This document shows positions 34,801 to 50,146 of a stretch of 64,000 nt of DNA, one piece after another. The position numbers and the translations under genes are program-made. This DNA comes from Yuukianura sp. NJ FZ-2021 (lineage: Eukaryota). Under the pieces are notes generated by a model. That model had not been told where the DNA came from and searched no databases. It was given only the letters and a program-made list of their open reading frames with translations. Positions within the stretch are counted from its first letter, which is position 1. Every line of letters starts with the position of its first letter. The stretch is taken from assembly GCA_046563655.1 (NCBI GenBank), contig CM102284.1, positions 1 to 64,000 of the forward strand. The letters are read 5' to 3'.

Positions 34801-37800
34801 AAAGTTTTCTCTTAAGGTGATTACATACTGTCAGAATTCAATCTTTGAAAAAGTTTTTCTCCTGACGTGATTACATACTGTGAGAATTCAATTTTTGAAA
34901 AAGTTTTTCTCTTAAGGTGATTACATACTATGAGAATTTAATTTTTGAAAAAGTTTTTCTCTTAAGGTGACTACACACTGTGAGAATTCAATTTTTGAAA
35001 AAGTTTTTCTTTTAAGGTGACTACATACTGTGAGAATAAAATTTTTGAAAAAGTTTTCTCTTAAGGTGATTACATACTGTCAGAATTCAATCTTTGAAAA
35101 AGTTTTTCTGCTGACGTGATTACATACTGTGAGAATTCAATTTTTGAAAAAGTTCTTCTCTTAAGGTGATTACATACAACGAGAATTAAATTTTTGAAAA
35201 AGTCTTTCTCTTAAGTTGACTACACACTGTGAGAATTCAATTCTTGAAAAAGTTTTTCTCTTAAGGTGACTACATACTGTGAGAATAATATTTTTGAAAA
35301 ACTTTTCTCTTAAGGTGATTACACACTATGGGAATTCAATTTTTGAAAAAGTTTTTCTCTTAAGGTGATTACATACTGTGAGAATTCAATTTTTGAAAAA
35401 GTTTTTCTCTTAAGGTGATTACATACTATGAGAATTTAATTTTTGAAAAAGTTTTTCTCTTAAGGTGACTACACACTGTGAGAATTCAATTTTTGAAACA
35501 GTTTTTCTCTTAAGGTGATTACATACAGTGAGAATTAAATTTTTGAAAAAGTTTTTCTCTTAAGGTGATTACATACAGTGAGAATCAAATTTTTGAAAAA
35601 CTTTTCTCTTAAGGTGGTTACATACAGTGAGAATCAAATTTGTGAAAAACTTTTCTCTTAAGGTGGTTGCATACTGTGGGAATTCAATTTTTGAAAAAAA
35701 ATTCTCTTACGGTGATTACACACTGTGAGAATAAAATTTTTGAAAAAGTTGTTTTGTTAAGGTGATTACATACTGTGAGAATAAAATTTTTGAAAAAGTT
35801 GTTCCGTTAAGGTGATTACATACTGTGAGAATAAAATTTTTGAAAAAGTTTTCTCTTAAGGTGATTACATACTGTGAGAATTCAATTTTTGAAAAAGTTT
35901 TTCTCTTAAGGTGATTACACACTGTGAGAATTCAATTTTTGAAAAAGTTTTTCTCTTAAGGTGATTACATACTATGAGAATTCAATTTTTGAAAAAGTTT
36001 TTCTCTTAAGGTGACTACACACTGTGAGAATTCAATTTTTGAAAAAGTTTTTCTCTTAAGGTGATTACATACTATGAGAATTTAATTTTTGAAAAAGTTT
36101 TTCTCTTAAGGTGACTACACACTGTGAGAATTCAATTTTTGAAAAAGTTTTTCTCTTAAGGTGATTACATACTATGAGAATTTAATTTTTGAAAAAGTTT
36201 TTCTCTTAAGGTGACTACACACTGTGAGAATTCATATTTTGAAAAAGTTTTTCTCTTAAGGTGAGTACACACTGTGGGAATTCAATTTTTGAAAAAGTTT
36301 TTCTCTTAAGGTGATTACATACTGTGAGAATTCAATTTTTGAAAAAGTTTTTCTCTTAAGGTGATTACATACTATGAGAATTTAATTTTTGAAAAAGTTT
36401 TTCTCTTGAGGTGACTACACACTGTAAGAATTCATATTTTGAAAAAGTTTTTCTCTTAAGGTGATTACATACTGTGAGAATAAAATTTTTGAAAAAGTTT
36501 TTCTCTTAAGGTGATTACACATAGTGAGAATTAAATTTTTGAAAAAGTCTTTCTCTTAAGTTGACTACACTGTGTGAGAATTCAATTTTTGAAAAAGTTT
36601 TTCTCTTAAGGTGATTACATACTGTGAGAATTCAATTTTTGAAAAAGTTTTTCTCTTAAGGTGATTACATACTATGAGAATTCAATTTTTGAAATAGTTT
36701 TTCTCTTAAGGTGACTACACACTGTGAGAATTCAATTTTTGAAAAAGTTTTTCTCTTAAGGTGATTACACATAGTGGGAATTAAATTTTTGAAAAAGTCT
36801 TTCTCTTAAGTTGACTACACCGTGTGAGAATTCAATTTTTGAAAAAGTTTTTCTCTAAAGGTGATTACATACTGTGAGAATTCAATTTTTGAAAAAGTTT
36901 TTCTCTTAAGGTGATTACATACAGTGAGAATTAAATTTTTGAAAAAGTTTTTCTCTTAAGGTGAATACATACAGTGAGAATAATATTTTTGAAAAACTTT
37001 TCTCTTAAGGTGATAACACACTATGGGAATTCAATTTTTGAAAAAGTTTTTCTCTTAAGGTGATTTCATACTGTGAGAATTCAATTTTTGAAAAAGTTTT
37101 TCTCTTAAGGTGATTACATACTATGAGAATTTAATTTTTGAAAAAGTTTTTCTCTTAAGGTGACTACACACTGTGAGAATTCAATTTTTGAAAAAGTTTT
37201 TCTCTTAAGGTGATTACATACTGTGAGAATTCAATTTTTGAAAAAGTTTTTCTCTTAAGGTGATTACATACTATGAGAATTTAATTTTTGAAAAAGTTTT
37301 TCTCTTAAGGTGACTACACACTGTGAGAATTCATATTTTGAAAAAGTTTTTCTCTTAAGGTGATTACAAACTGTGAGAATTCAATTTTTGAAAAAGTTTT
37401 TCTCTTAAGGTGATTACATGCTGTGAGAATTCAGTTTTTGAAAAAGTTTTTCTCTTAAGGTGATTACACACTGTGAGAATTCAATTTTTTAAAAAGTTTT
37501 TCACTTAAGGTGATTACATACAGTGAGAATTCAATTCTTGAAAAAGTTTTTCTCTTAAGGTGACTACATACTGTGAGAATAATATTTTTGAAAAACTTTT
37601 CTCTTAAGGTGATTACACACTATGGGAATTCAATTTTTGAAAAAGTTTTTCTCTTAAGGTGATTACATACTGTGAGAATTCAATTTTTGAAAAAGTTTTT
37701 CTCTTAAGGTGATTACATACTATGAGAATTTAATTGTTGAAAAAGTTTTTCTCTTAAGGTGACTACACACTGTGAGAATTCAATTTTTGAAACAGTTTTT

Positions 37801-40800
37801 CTCTTAAGGTGATTACATACAGTGAGAATTAAATTTTTGAAAAAGTTTTTCTCTTAAGGTGATTACATACAGTGAGAATCAAATTTTTGAAAAACTTTTC
37901 TCTTAAGGTGGTTACATACAGTGAGAATCAAATTTGTGAAAAACTTTTCTCTTAAGGTGGTTGCATACTGTGGGAATTCAATTTTTGAAAAAAAATTCTC
38001 TTACGGTGATTACACACTGTGAGAATAAAATTTTTGAAAAAGTTGTTTTGTTAAGGTGATTACATACTGTGAGAATAAAATTTTTGAAAAAGTTGTTCCG
38101 TTAAGGTGATTACATACTGTGAGAATAAAATTTTTGAAAAAGTTTTCTCTTAAGGTGATTACATACTGTGAGAATTCAATTTTTGAAAAAGTTTTTCTCT
38201 TAAGGTGATTACACACTGTGAGAATTCAATTTTTGAAAAAGTTTTTCTCTTAAGGTGATTACATACTATGAGAATTCAATTTTTGAAAAAGTTTTTCTCT
38301 TAAGGTGACTACACACTGTGAGAATTCAATTTTTGAAAAAGTTTTTCTCTTAAGGTGATTACATACTATGAGAATTTAATTTTCGAAAAAGTTTTTCTCT
38401 TAAGGTGATTACACATAGTGAGAATTAAATTTTTGAAAAAGTCTTTCTCTTAAGTTGACTACACTGTGTGAGAATTCAATTTTTGAAAAAGTTTTTCTCT
38501 TAAGGTGATTACATACTGTGAGAATTCAATTTTTGAAAAAGTTTTTCTCTTAAGGTGATTACATACTATGAGAATTCAATTTTTGAAATAGTTTTTCTCT
38601 TAAGGTGACTACACACTGTGAGAATTCAATTTTTGAAAAAGTTTTTCTCTTAAGGTGATTACACATAGTGAGAATTAAATTTTTGAAAAAGTCTTTCTCT
38701 TAAGTTGACTACACTGTGTGAGAATTCAATTTTTGAAAAAGTTTTTCTCTTAAGGTGATTTCATACTGTGAGAATTCAATTTTTGAAAAAGTTTTTCTCT
38801 TAAGGTGATTACATACTATGAGAATTTAATTTTTGAAAAAGTTTTTCCCTTAAGGTGACTACACACTGTGAGAATTCAATTTTTGAAAAAGTTTTTCTCT
38901 TAAGGTGATTACATACTGTGAGAATTCAATTTTTGAAAAAGTTTTTCTCTTAAGGTGATTACATACTATGAGAATTTAATTTTTGAAAAAGTTTTTCTCT
39001 TAAGGTGACTACACACTGTGAGAATTCATATTTTGAAAAAGTTTTTCTCTTAAGGTGATTACAAACTGTGAGAATTCAATTTTTGAAAAAGTTTTTCTCT
39101 TAAGGTGATTACATGCTGTGAGAATTCAGTTTTTGAAAAAGTTTTTCTCTTAAGGTGATTACACACTGTGAGAATTCAATTTTTTAAAAAGTTTTTCACT
39201 TAAGGTGATTACACACAGTGAGAATTAAATTTTTGAAAAAGTCTTTCTCTTAAGTTGACTACACACTGTGAGAATTCAATTTTTGAAAAAGTTTTTCTTT
39301 TAAGGTGATTTCATACTGTGAGAATAAAATTTTTGAAAAAGTTTTCTCTTAAGGTGATTACATACTGTCAGAATTCAATCTTTGAAAAAGTTTTTCCCTT
39401 AAGGTGACTACACACTGTGAGAATTCAATTTTTGAAAAAGTTCTTCTCTTAAGGTGATTACATACAACGAGAATTAAATTTTTGAAAAAGTCTTTCTCTT
39501 AAGGTGATTACACACTGTGAGAATTCAATTTTTTAAAAAGTTTTTCACTTAAGGTGATTACATACAGTGAGAATTCAATTCTTGAAAAAGTTTTTCTCTT
39601 AAGGTGACTACATACTGTGAGAATAATATTTTTGAAAAACTTTTCTCTTAAGGTGATTACACACTATGGGAATTCAATTTTTGAAAAAGTTTTTCTCTTA
39701 AGGTGATTACATACTGTGAGAATTCAATTTTTGAAAAAGTTTTTCTCTTAAGGTGATTACATACTATGAGAATTTAATTTTTGAAAAAGTTTTTCTCTTA
39801 AGGTGACTACACACTGTGAGAATTCAATTTTTGAAAAAGTTTTTCTCTTAAGATGACTACATACTGTGAGAATAATATTTTTGAAAAACTTTTCTCTTAA
39901 GGTGATTACACACTATGGGAATTCAATTTTTGAAAAAGTTTTTCTCTTAAGGTGATTACATACTGTGAGAATTCAATTTTTGAAAATGTTTTTCTCTTAA
40001 GGTGATTATATACTATGAGAATTTAATTTTTGAAAAAGTTTTTCTCTTAAGGTGACTACACACTGTGAGAATTCAATTTTTGAAACAGTTTTTCTCTTAA
40101 GGTGATTACATACAGTGAGAATTAAATTTTTGAAAAAGTTTTTCTCTTAAGGTGATTACATACAGTGAGAATCAAATTTTTGAAAAACTTTTCTCTTAAG
40201 GTGGTTACATACAGTGAGAATCAAATTTGTGAAAAACTTTTCTCTTAAGGTGGTTGCATACTGTGGGAATTCAATTTTTGAAAAAAATTCTCTTACGGTG
40301 ATTACACACTGTGAGAATAAAATTTTTGAAAAAGTTGTTTTGTTAAGGTGATTACATACTGTGAGAATAAAATTTTTGAAAAAGTTGTTCCGTTAAGGTG
40401 ATTACATACTGTGAGAATAAAATTTTTGAAAAAGTTTTCTCTTAAGGTGATTACATACTGTGAGAATTCAATTTTTGAAAAAGTTTTTCTCTTAAGGTGA
40501 TTACATACTGTGAGAATTCAATTTTTGAAAAAGTTTTTCTCTTAAGGTGATTACATACTATGAGAATTCAATTTTTGAAATAGTTTTTCTCTTAAGGTGA
40601 CTACACACTGTGAGAATTCAATTTTTGAAAAAGTTTTTCTCTTAAGGTGATTACACATAGTGAGAATTAAATTTTTGAAAAAGTCTTTCTCTTAAGTTGA
40701 CTACACTGTGTGAGAATTCAATTTTTGAAAAAGTTTTTCTCTTAAGGTGATTACATACTGTGAGAATTCAATTTTTGAAAAAGTTTTTCTCTTAAGGTGA

Positions 40801-43800
40801 TTACATACAGTGAGAATTAAATTTTTGAAAAAGTTTTTCTCTTAAGGTGAATACATACAGTGAGAATAATATTTTTGAAAAACTTTTCTCTTAAGGTGAT
40901 AACACACTATGGGAATTCAATTTTTGAAAAAGTTTTTCTCTTAAGGTGATTTCATACTGTGAGAATTCAATTTTTGAAAAAGTTTTTCTCTTAAGGTGAT
41001 TACATACTGTGAGAATTCAATTTTTGAAAAAGTTTTTCTCTTAAGGTGATTACATACAGTGAGAATTAAATTTTTGAAAAAGTTTTTCTCTTAAGGTGAA
41101 TACATACAGTGAGAATAATATTTTTGAAAAACTTTTCTCTTAAGGTGATAACACACTATGGGAATTCAATTTTTGAAAAAGTTTTTCTCTTAAGGTGATT
41201 TCATACTGTGAGAATTCAATTTTTGAAAAAGTTTTTCTCTTAAGGTGATTACATACTATGAGAATTTAATTTTTGAAAAAGTTTTTCCCTTAAGGTGACT
41301 ACACACTGTGAGAATTCAATTTTTGAAAAAGTTTTTCTCTTAAGGTGATTACATACTGTGAGAATTCAATTTTTGAAAAAGTTTTTCTCTTAAGGTGATT
41401 ACATACTATGAGAATTTAATTTTTGAAAAAGTTTTTCTCTTAAGGTGACTACACACTGTGAGAATTCATATTTTGAAAAAGTTTTTCTCTTAAGGTGATT
41501 ACAAACTGTGAGAATTCAATTTTTGAAAAAGTTTTTCTCTTAAGGTGATTACATGCTGTGAGAATTCAGTTTTTGAAAAAGTTCTTCTCTTAAGGTGATT
41601 ACACACTGTGAGAATTCAATTTTTTAAAAAGTTTTTCACTTAAGGTGATTACACACAGTGAGAATTAAATTTTTGAAAAAGTCTTTCTCTTAAGTTGACT
41701 ACACACTGTGAGAATTCAATTTTTGAAAAAGTTTTTCTTTTAAGGTGATTTCATACTGTGAGAATAAAATTTTTGAAAAAGTTTTCTCTTAAGGTGATTA
41801 CATACTGTCAGAATTCAATCTTTGAAAAAGTTTTTCCCTTAAGGTGACTACACACTGTGAGAATTCAATTTTTGAAAAAGTTCTTCTCTTAAGGTGATTA
41901 CATACAACGAGAATTAAATTTTTGAAAAAGTCTTTCTCTTAAGGTGATTACACACTGTGAGAATTCAATTTTTTAAAAAGTTTTTCACTTAAGGTGATTA
42001 CACACAGTGAGAATTAAATTTTTGAAAAAGTCTTTCTCTTAAGTTGACTACACACTGTGAGAATTCAATTTTTGAAAAAGTTTTTCTTTTAAGGTGATTT
42101 CATACTGTGAGAATAAAATTTTTGAAAAAGTTTTCTCTTAAGGTGATTACATACTGTCAGAATTCAATCTTTGAAAAAGTTTTTCCCTTAAGGTGACTAC
42201 ACACTGTGAGAATTCAATTTTTGAAAAAGTTCTTCTCTTAAGGTGATTACATACAACGAGAATTAAATTTTTGAAAAAGTCTTTCTCTTAAGGTGATTAC
42301 ACACTGTGAGAATTCAATTTTTAAAAAGTTTTTCACTTAAGGTGATTACATACAGTGAGAATTCAATTCTTGAAAAAGTTTTTCTCTTAAGGTGACTACA
42401 TACTGTGAGAATAATATTTTTGAAAAACTTTTCTCTTAAGGTGATTACACACTATGGGAATTCAATTTTTGAAAAAGTTTTTCTCTTAAGGTGATTACAT
42501 ACTGTGAGAATTCAATTTTTGAAAAAGTTTTTCTCTTAAGGTGATTACATACTATGAGAATTTAATTTTTGAAAAAGTTTTTCTCTTAAGGTGACTACAC
42601 ACTGTGAGAATTCAATTTTTGAAAAAGTTTTTCTCTTAAGATGACTACATACTGTGAGAATAATATTTTTGAAAAACTTTTCTCTTAAGGTGATTACACA
42701 CTATGGGAATTCAATTTTTGAAAAAGTTTTTCTCTTAAGGTGATTACATACTGTGAGAATTCAATTTTTGAAAATGTTTTTCTCTTAAGGTGATTATATA
42801 CTATGAGAATTCAATTCTTGAAAAAGTTTTTCTCTTAAGGTGACTACATACTGTGAGAATAATATTTTTGAAAAACTTTTCTCTTAAGGGGATTACACAC
42901 TATGGGAATTCAATTTTTGAAAAAGTTTTTCTCTTAAGGTGATTACATACTGTGAGAATTCAATTTTTGAAAAAGTTTTTCTCTTAAGGTGATTACATAC
43001 TATGAGAATTTAATTTTTGAAAAAGTTTTTCTCTTAAGGTGACTACACACTGTGAGAATTCAATTTTTGAAAAAGTTTTTCTCTTAAGATGACTACATAC
43101 TGTGAGAATAATATTTTTGAAAAACTTTTCTCTTAAGGTGATTACACACTATGGGAATTCAATTTTTGAAAAAGTTTTTCTCTTAAGGTGATTACATACT
43201 GTGAGAATTCAATTTTTGAAAATGTTTTTCTCTTAAGGTGATTATATACTATGAGAATTTAATTTTTGAAAAAGTTTTTCTCTTAAGGTGACTACACACT
43301 GTGAGAATTCAATTTTTGAAACAGTTTTTCTCTTAAGGTGATTACATACAGTGAGAATTAAATTTTTGAAAAAGTTTTTCTCTTAAGGTGATTACATACA
43401 GTGAGAATCAAATTTTTGAAAAACTTTTCTCTTAAGGTGGTTACATACAGTGAGAATCAAATTTGTGAAAAACTTTTCTCTTAAGGTGGTTGCATACTGT
43501 GGGAATTCAATTTTTGAAAAAAATTCTCTTACGGTGATTACACACTGTGAGAATAAAATTTTTGAAAAAGTTGTTTTGTTAAGGTGATTACATACTGTGA
43601 GAATAAAATTTTTGAAAAAGTTGTTCCGTTAAGGTGATTACATACTGTGAGAATAAAATTTTTGAAAAAGTTTTCTCTTAAGGTGATTACATACTGTGAG
43701 AATTCAATTTTTGAAAAAGTTTTTCTCTTAAGGTGATTACATACTGTGAGAATTCAATTTTTGAAAAAGTTTTTCTCTTAAGGTGATTACATACTATGAG

Positions 43801-46800
43801 AATTCAATTTTTGAAATAGTTTTTCTCTTAAGGTGACTACACACTGTGAGAATTCAATTTTTGAAAAAGTTTTTCTCTTAAGGTGATTACACATAGTGAG
43901 AATTAAATTTTTGAAAAAGTCTTTCTCTTAAGTTGACTACACTGTGTGAGAATTCAATTTTTGAAAAAGTTTTTCTCTTAAGGTGATTACATACTGTGAG
44001 AATTCAATTTTTGAAAAAGTTTTTCTCTTAAGGTGATTACATACAGTGAGAATTAAATTTTTGAAAAAGTTTTTCTCTTAAGGTGAATACATACAGTGAG
44101 AATAATATTTTTGAAAAACTTTTCTCTTAAGGTGATAACACACTATGGGAATTCAATTTTTGAAAAAGTTTTTCTCTTAAGGTGATTTCATACTGTGAGA
44201 ATTCAATTTTTGAAAAAGTTTTTCTCTTAAGGTGATTACATACTGTGAGAATTCAATTTTTGAAAAAGTTTTTCTCTTAAGGTGACTACACACTGTGAGA
44301 ATTCAATTTTTGAAAAAGTTTTTCTCTTAAGGTGATTACATACTGTGAGAATTCAATTTTTGAAAAAGTTTTTCTCTTAAGGTGATTACATACTATGAGA
44401 ATTTAATTTTTGAAAAAGTTTTTCTCTTAAGGTGACTACACACTGTGAGAATTCATATTTTGAAAAAGTTTTTCTCTTAAGGTGATTACAAACTGTGAGA
44501 ATTCAATTTTTGAAAAAGTTTTTCTCTTAAGGTGATTACATGCTGTGAGAATTCAGTTTTTGAAAAAGTTCTTCTCTTAAGGTGATTACACACTGTGAGA
44601 ATTCAATTTTTTAAAAAGTTTTTCACTTAAGGTGATTACACACAGTGAGAATTAAATTTTTGAAAAAGTCTTTCTCTTAAGTTGACTACACACTGTGAGA
44701 ATTCAATTTTTGAAAAAGTTTTTCTTTTAAGGTGATTTCATACTGTGAGAATAAAATTTTTGAAAAAGTTTTCTCTTAAGGTGATTACATACTGTCAGAA
44801 TTCAATCTTTGAAAAAGTTTTTCCCTTAAGGTGACTACACACTGTGAGAATTCAATTTTTGAAAAAGTTCTTCTCTTAAGGTGATTACATACAACGAGAA
44901 TTAAATTTTTGAAAAAGTCTTTCTCTTAAGGTGATTACACACTGTGAGAATTCAATTTTTTAAAAAGTTTTTCACTTAAGGTGATTACACACAGTGAGAA
45001 TTAAATTTTTGAAAAAGTCTTTCTCTTAAGTTGACTACACACTGTGAGAATTCAATTTTTGAAAAAGTTTTTCTTTTAAGGTGATTTCATACTGTGAGAA
45101 TAAAATTTTTGAAAAAGTTTTCTCTTAAGGTGATTACATACTGTCAGAATTCAATCTTTGAAAAAGTTTTTCCCTTAAGGTGACTACACACTGTGAGAAT
45201 TCAATTTTTGAAAAAGTTCTTCTCTTAAGGTGATTACATACAACGAGAATTAAATTTTTGAAAAAGTCTTTCTCTTAAGGTGATTACACACTGTGAGAAT
45301 TCAATTTTTAAAAAGTTTTTCTCTTAAGGTGATTACATACAGTGAGAATTCAATTTTTGAAAAAGTTTTTCTCTTAAGGTGACTACATACTGTGAGAATA
45401 ATATTTTTGAAAAACTTTTCTCTTAAGGTGATTACACACTATGGGAATTCAATTTTTGAAAAAGTTTTTCTCTTAAGGTGATTACATACTGTGAGAATTC
45501 AATTTTTGAAAAAGTTTTTCTCTTAAGGTGATTACATACTATGAGAATTTAATTTTTGAAAAAGTTTTTCTCTTAAGGTGACTACACACTGTGAGAATTC
45601 AATTTTTGAAAAAGTTTTTCTCTTAAGGTGACTACATACTGTGAGAATAATATTTTTGAAAAACTTTTCTCTTAAGGTGATTACACACTATGGGAATTCA
45701 ATTTTTGAAAAAGTTTTTCTCTTAAGGTGATTACATACTGTGAGAATTCAATTTTTGAAAAAGTTTTTCTCTTAAGGTGATTACATACTATGAGAATTTA
45801 ATTTTTGAAAAAGTTTTTCTCTTAAGGTGACTACACACTGTGAGAATTCAATTTTTGAAAAAGTTTTTCTCTTAAGATGACTACATACTGTGAGAATAAT
45901 ATTTTTGAAAAACTTTTCTCTTAAGGTGATTACACACTATGGGAATTCAATTTTTGAAAAAGTTTTTCTCTTAAGGTGATTACATACTGTGAGAATTCAA
46001 TTTTTGAAAATGTTTTTCTCTTAAGGTGATTATATACTATGAGAATTTAATTTTTGAAAAAGTTTTTCTCTTAAGGTGACTACATACTGTGAGAATAATA
46101 TTTTTGAAAAACTTTTCTCTTAAGGTGATTACACACTATGGGAATTCAATTTTTGAAAAAGTTTTTCTCTTAAGGTGATTACATACTGTGAGAATTCAAT
46201 TTTTGAAAAAGTTTTTCTCTTAAGGTGATTACATACTATGAGAATTTAATTTTTGAAAAAGTTTTTCTCTTAAGGTGACTACACACTGTGAGAATTCAAT
46301 TTTTGAAAAAGTTTTTCTCTTAAGATGACTACATACTGTGAGAATAATATTTTTGAAAAACTTTTCTCTTAAGGTGATTACACACTATGGGAATTCAATT
46401 TTTGAAAAAGTTTTTCTCTTAAGGTGATTACATACTGTGAGAATTCAATTTTTGAAAATGTTTTTCTCTTAAGGTGATTATATACTATGAGAATTTAATT
46501 TTTGAAAAAGTTTTTCTCTTAAGGTGACTACACACTGTGAGAATTCAATTTTTGAAACAGTTTTTCTCTTAAGGTGATTACATACAGTGAGAATTAAATT
46601 TTTGAAAAAGTTTTTCTCTTAAGGTGATTACATACAGTGAGAATCAAATTTTTGAAAAACTTTTCTCTTAAGGTGGTTACATACAGTGAGAATCAAATTT
46701 GTGAAAAACTTTTCTCTTAAGGTGGTTGCATACTGTGGGAATTCAATTTTTGAAAAAAAAATTCTCTTACGGTGATTACACACTGTGAGAATAAAATTTT

Positions 46801-49800
46801 TGAAAAAGTTGTTTTGTTAAGGTGATTACATACTGTGAGAATAAAATTTTTGAAAAAGTTGTTCCGTTAAGGTGATTACATACTGTGAGAATAAAATTTT
46901 TGAAAAAGTTTTCTCTTAAGGTGATTACATACTGTGAGAATTCAATTTTTGAAAAAGTTTTTCTCTTAAGGTGATTACATACTGTGAGAATTCAATTTTT
47001 GAAAAAGTTTTTCTCTTAAGGTGATTACATACTATGAGAATTCAATTTTTGAAATAGTTTTTCTCTTAAGGTGACTACACACTGTGAGAATTCAATTTTT
47101 GAAAAAGTTTTTCTCTTAAGGTGATTACACATAGTGAGAATTAAATTTTTGAAAAAGTCTTTCTCTTAAGTTGACTACACTGTGTGAGAATTCAATTTTT
47201 GAAAAAGTTTTTCTCTTAAGGTGATTACATACTGTGAGAATTCAATTTTTGAAAAAGTTTTTCTCTTAAGGTGATTACATACAGTGAGAATTAAATTTTT
47301 GAAAAAGTTTTTCTCTTAAGGTGAATACATACAGTGAGAATAATATTTTTGAAAAACTTTTCTCTTAAGGTGATAACACACTATGGGAATTCAATTTTTG
47401 AAAAAGTTTTTCTCTTAAGGTGATTTCATACTGTGAGAATTCAATTTTTGAAAAAGTTTTTCTCTTAAGGTGATTACATACTATGAGAATTTAATTTTTG
47501 AAAAAGTTTTTCCCTTAAGGTGACTACACACTGTGAGAATTCAATTTTTGAAAAAGTTTTTCTCTTAAGGTGATTACATACTGTGAGAATTCAATTTTTG
47601 AAAAAGTTTTTCTCTTAAGGTGATTACATACTATGAGAATTTAATTTTTGAAAAAGTTTTTCTCTTAAGGTGACTACACACTGTGAGAATTCATATTTTG
47701 AAAAAGTTTTTCTCTTAAGGTGATTACAAACTGTGAGAATTCAATTTTTGAAAAAGTTTTTCTCTTAAGGTGATTACATGCTGTGAGAATTCAGTTTTTG
47801 AAAAAGTTTTTCTCTTAAGGTGATTACACATTGTGAGAATTCAATTTTTTAAAAAGTTTTTCACTTAAGGTGATTACATACAGTGAGAATTAAATTTTTG
47901 AAAAAGTTTTTCTCTTAAGGTGATTGCATACAGTGAGAATCAAATTTGTGAAAAACTTTTCTCTTAAGGTGGTTACATACTGTGGGAATTCAATTTTTGA
48001 AAAAAATTTTCTCTTACGGTGATTACACACTGTTAGAATAAAATTTTTGAAAAAGTTGTTCAGTTAAGGTGATTACATACAGTGAGAATTAAATTTTTGA
48101 AAAAGTTTTTTTCTTAAGGTGATTGCATACAGTGAGAATCAAATTTGTGAAAAACTTTTCTCTTAAGGTGGTTACATACTGTGGGAATTCAATTTTTGAA
48201 AAAAATTTTCTCTTACGGTGATTACACACTGTTAGAATAAAATTTTTGAAAAAGTTGTTCAGTTAAGGTGATTACAGACTGTGAGAATAAAATTTTTGAA
48301 AAAGTTTTCTCTTAAGGTGATTACATACTGTCAGAATTCAATCTTTGAAAAAGTTTTTCTCCTGACGTGATTACATACTGTGAGAATTCAATTTTTGAAA
48401 AAGTTCTTCTCTTAAGGTGATTACATACAACGAGAATTAAATTTTTGAAAAAGTCTTTCTCTTAAGTTGACTACACACTGTGAGAATTCAATTTTTGAAA
48501 AAGTTTTTCTTTTAAGGTGACTACATACTGTGAGAATAAAATTTTTGAAAAAGTTTTCTCTTAAGGTGATTACATACTGTCAGAATTCAATCTTTGAAAA
48601 AGTTTTTCTCCTGACGTGATTACATACTGTGAGAATTCAATTTTTGAAAAAGTTCTTTTCTTAAGGTGATTACATACAACGAGAATTAAATTTTTGAAAA
48701 AGTCTTTCTCTTAAGTTGACTACACACTGTGAGAATTCAATTCTTGAAAAAGTTTTTCTCTTAAGGTGACTACATACTGTGAGAATAATATTTTTGAAAA
48801 ACTTTTCTCTTAAGGTGATTACACACTATGGGAATTCAATTTTTGAAAAAGTTTTTCTCTTAAGGTGATTACATACTGTGAGAATTCAATTTTTGAAAAA
48901 GTTTTTCTCTTAAGGTGATTACATACTATGAGAATTTAATTTTTGAAAAAGTTTTTCTCTTAAGGTGACTACACACTGTGAGAATTCAATTTTTGAAAAA
49001 GTTTTTCTCTTAAGGTGATTACATACAGTGAGAATTAAATTTTTGAAAAAGTTTTTCTCTTAAGGTGATTACATACAGTGAGAATCAAATTTTTGAAAAA
49101 CTTTTCTCTTAAGGTGGTTACATACAGTGAGAATCAAATTTGTGAAAAACTTTTCTCTTAAGGTGGTTACATACTGTGGGAATTCAATTTTTGAAAAAAA
49201 ATTTCTCTTACGGTGATTACACACTGTGAGAATAAAATTTTTGAAAAAGTTGTTTTGTTAAGGTGATTACATACTGTGAGAATAAAATTTTTGAAAAAGT
49301 TGTTCCGTTAAGGTGATTACATACTGTGAGAATAAAATTTTTGAAAAAGTTTTCTCTTAAGGTGATTACATACTGTGAGAATTCAATTTTTGAAAAAGTT
49401 TTTCTCTTAAGGTGATTACACACTGTGAGAATTCAATTTTTGAAAAAGTTTTTCCCTTAAGGTGATTACATACTATGAGAATTCAATTTTTGAAAAAGGT
49501 TTTCTCTTAAGGTGACTACACACTGTGAGAATTCAATTTTTGAAAAAGTTTTTCTCTTAAGGTGATTACATACTATGAGAATTTAATTTTTGAAAAAGTT
49601 TTTCTCTTAAGGTGACTACACACTGTGAGAATTCAATTTTTGAAAAAGTTTTTCTCTTAAGGTGATTACATACTGTGAGAATTCAATTTTTGAAAAAGTT
49701 TTTCTCTTAAGGTGATTACATACTATGAGAATTTAATTTTTGAAAAAGTTTTTCTCTTAAGGTGACTACACATTGTGAGAATTCATATTTTGAAAAAGTT

Positions 49801-49855
49801 TTTCTCTTAAGGTGATTACATACTGTGAGAATAAAATTTTTGAAAAAGTTTCTCT
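31811..49855. repeat. 50-bp AT-rich tandem satellite, ~360 copies, with higher-order repeat blocks
   Basis: Consensus gtttttctcttaaggtgattacatactgtgagaattcaatttttgaaaaa; diagnostic variant monomers recur in conserved order. Confidence 0.98.
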
Positions 49856-50146
49856 GTTAAACTTTTAAAGTTCATACAAAAAGTGAACAGCTACCCTCGT
49901 CCTGTAAGTGGCAAACTGGAACGTACTACAAACAGTTTGCAGGAAAGTATTTTCGTGCATGATGTGGTCATTTATTATCAGTTGATAGTCCCAACTAACT
50001 GAGAATCTGCTAAAAATGTTAGCGTTTAGAACGATATCTGAGACTAGATGATTTAGCTAAACCAGCAGCATAATCTTAGGCGGGAGGAATAAATAATATA
50101 AAAATAGATTACTGGTAGAGCGGAAATATCACATGACATGTCATGC

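Noticed and set aside
31811-49855. Three identical 68-aa ORFs (35716, 38010, 49217) as a gene family
   Set aside because: They are translations of the same higher-order satellite block.
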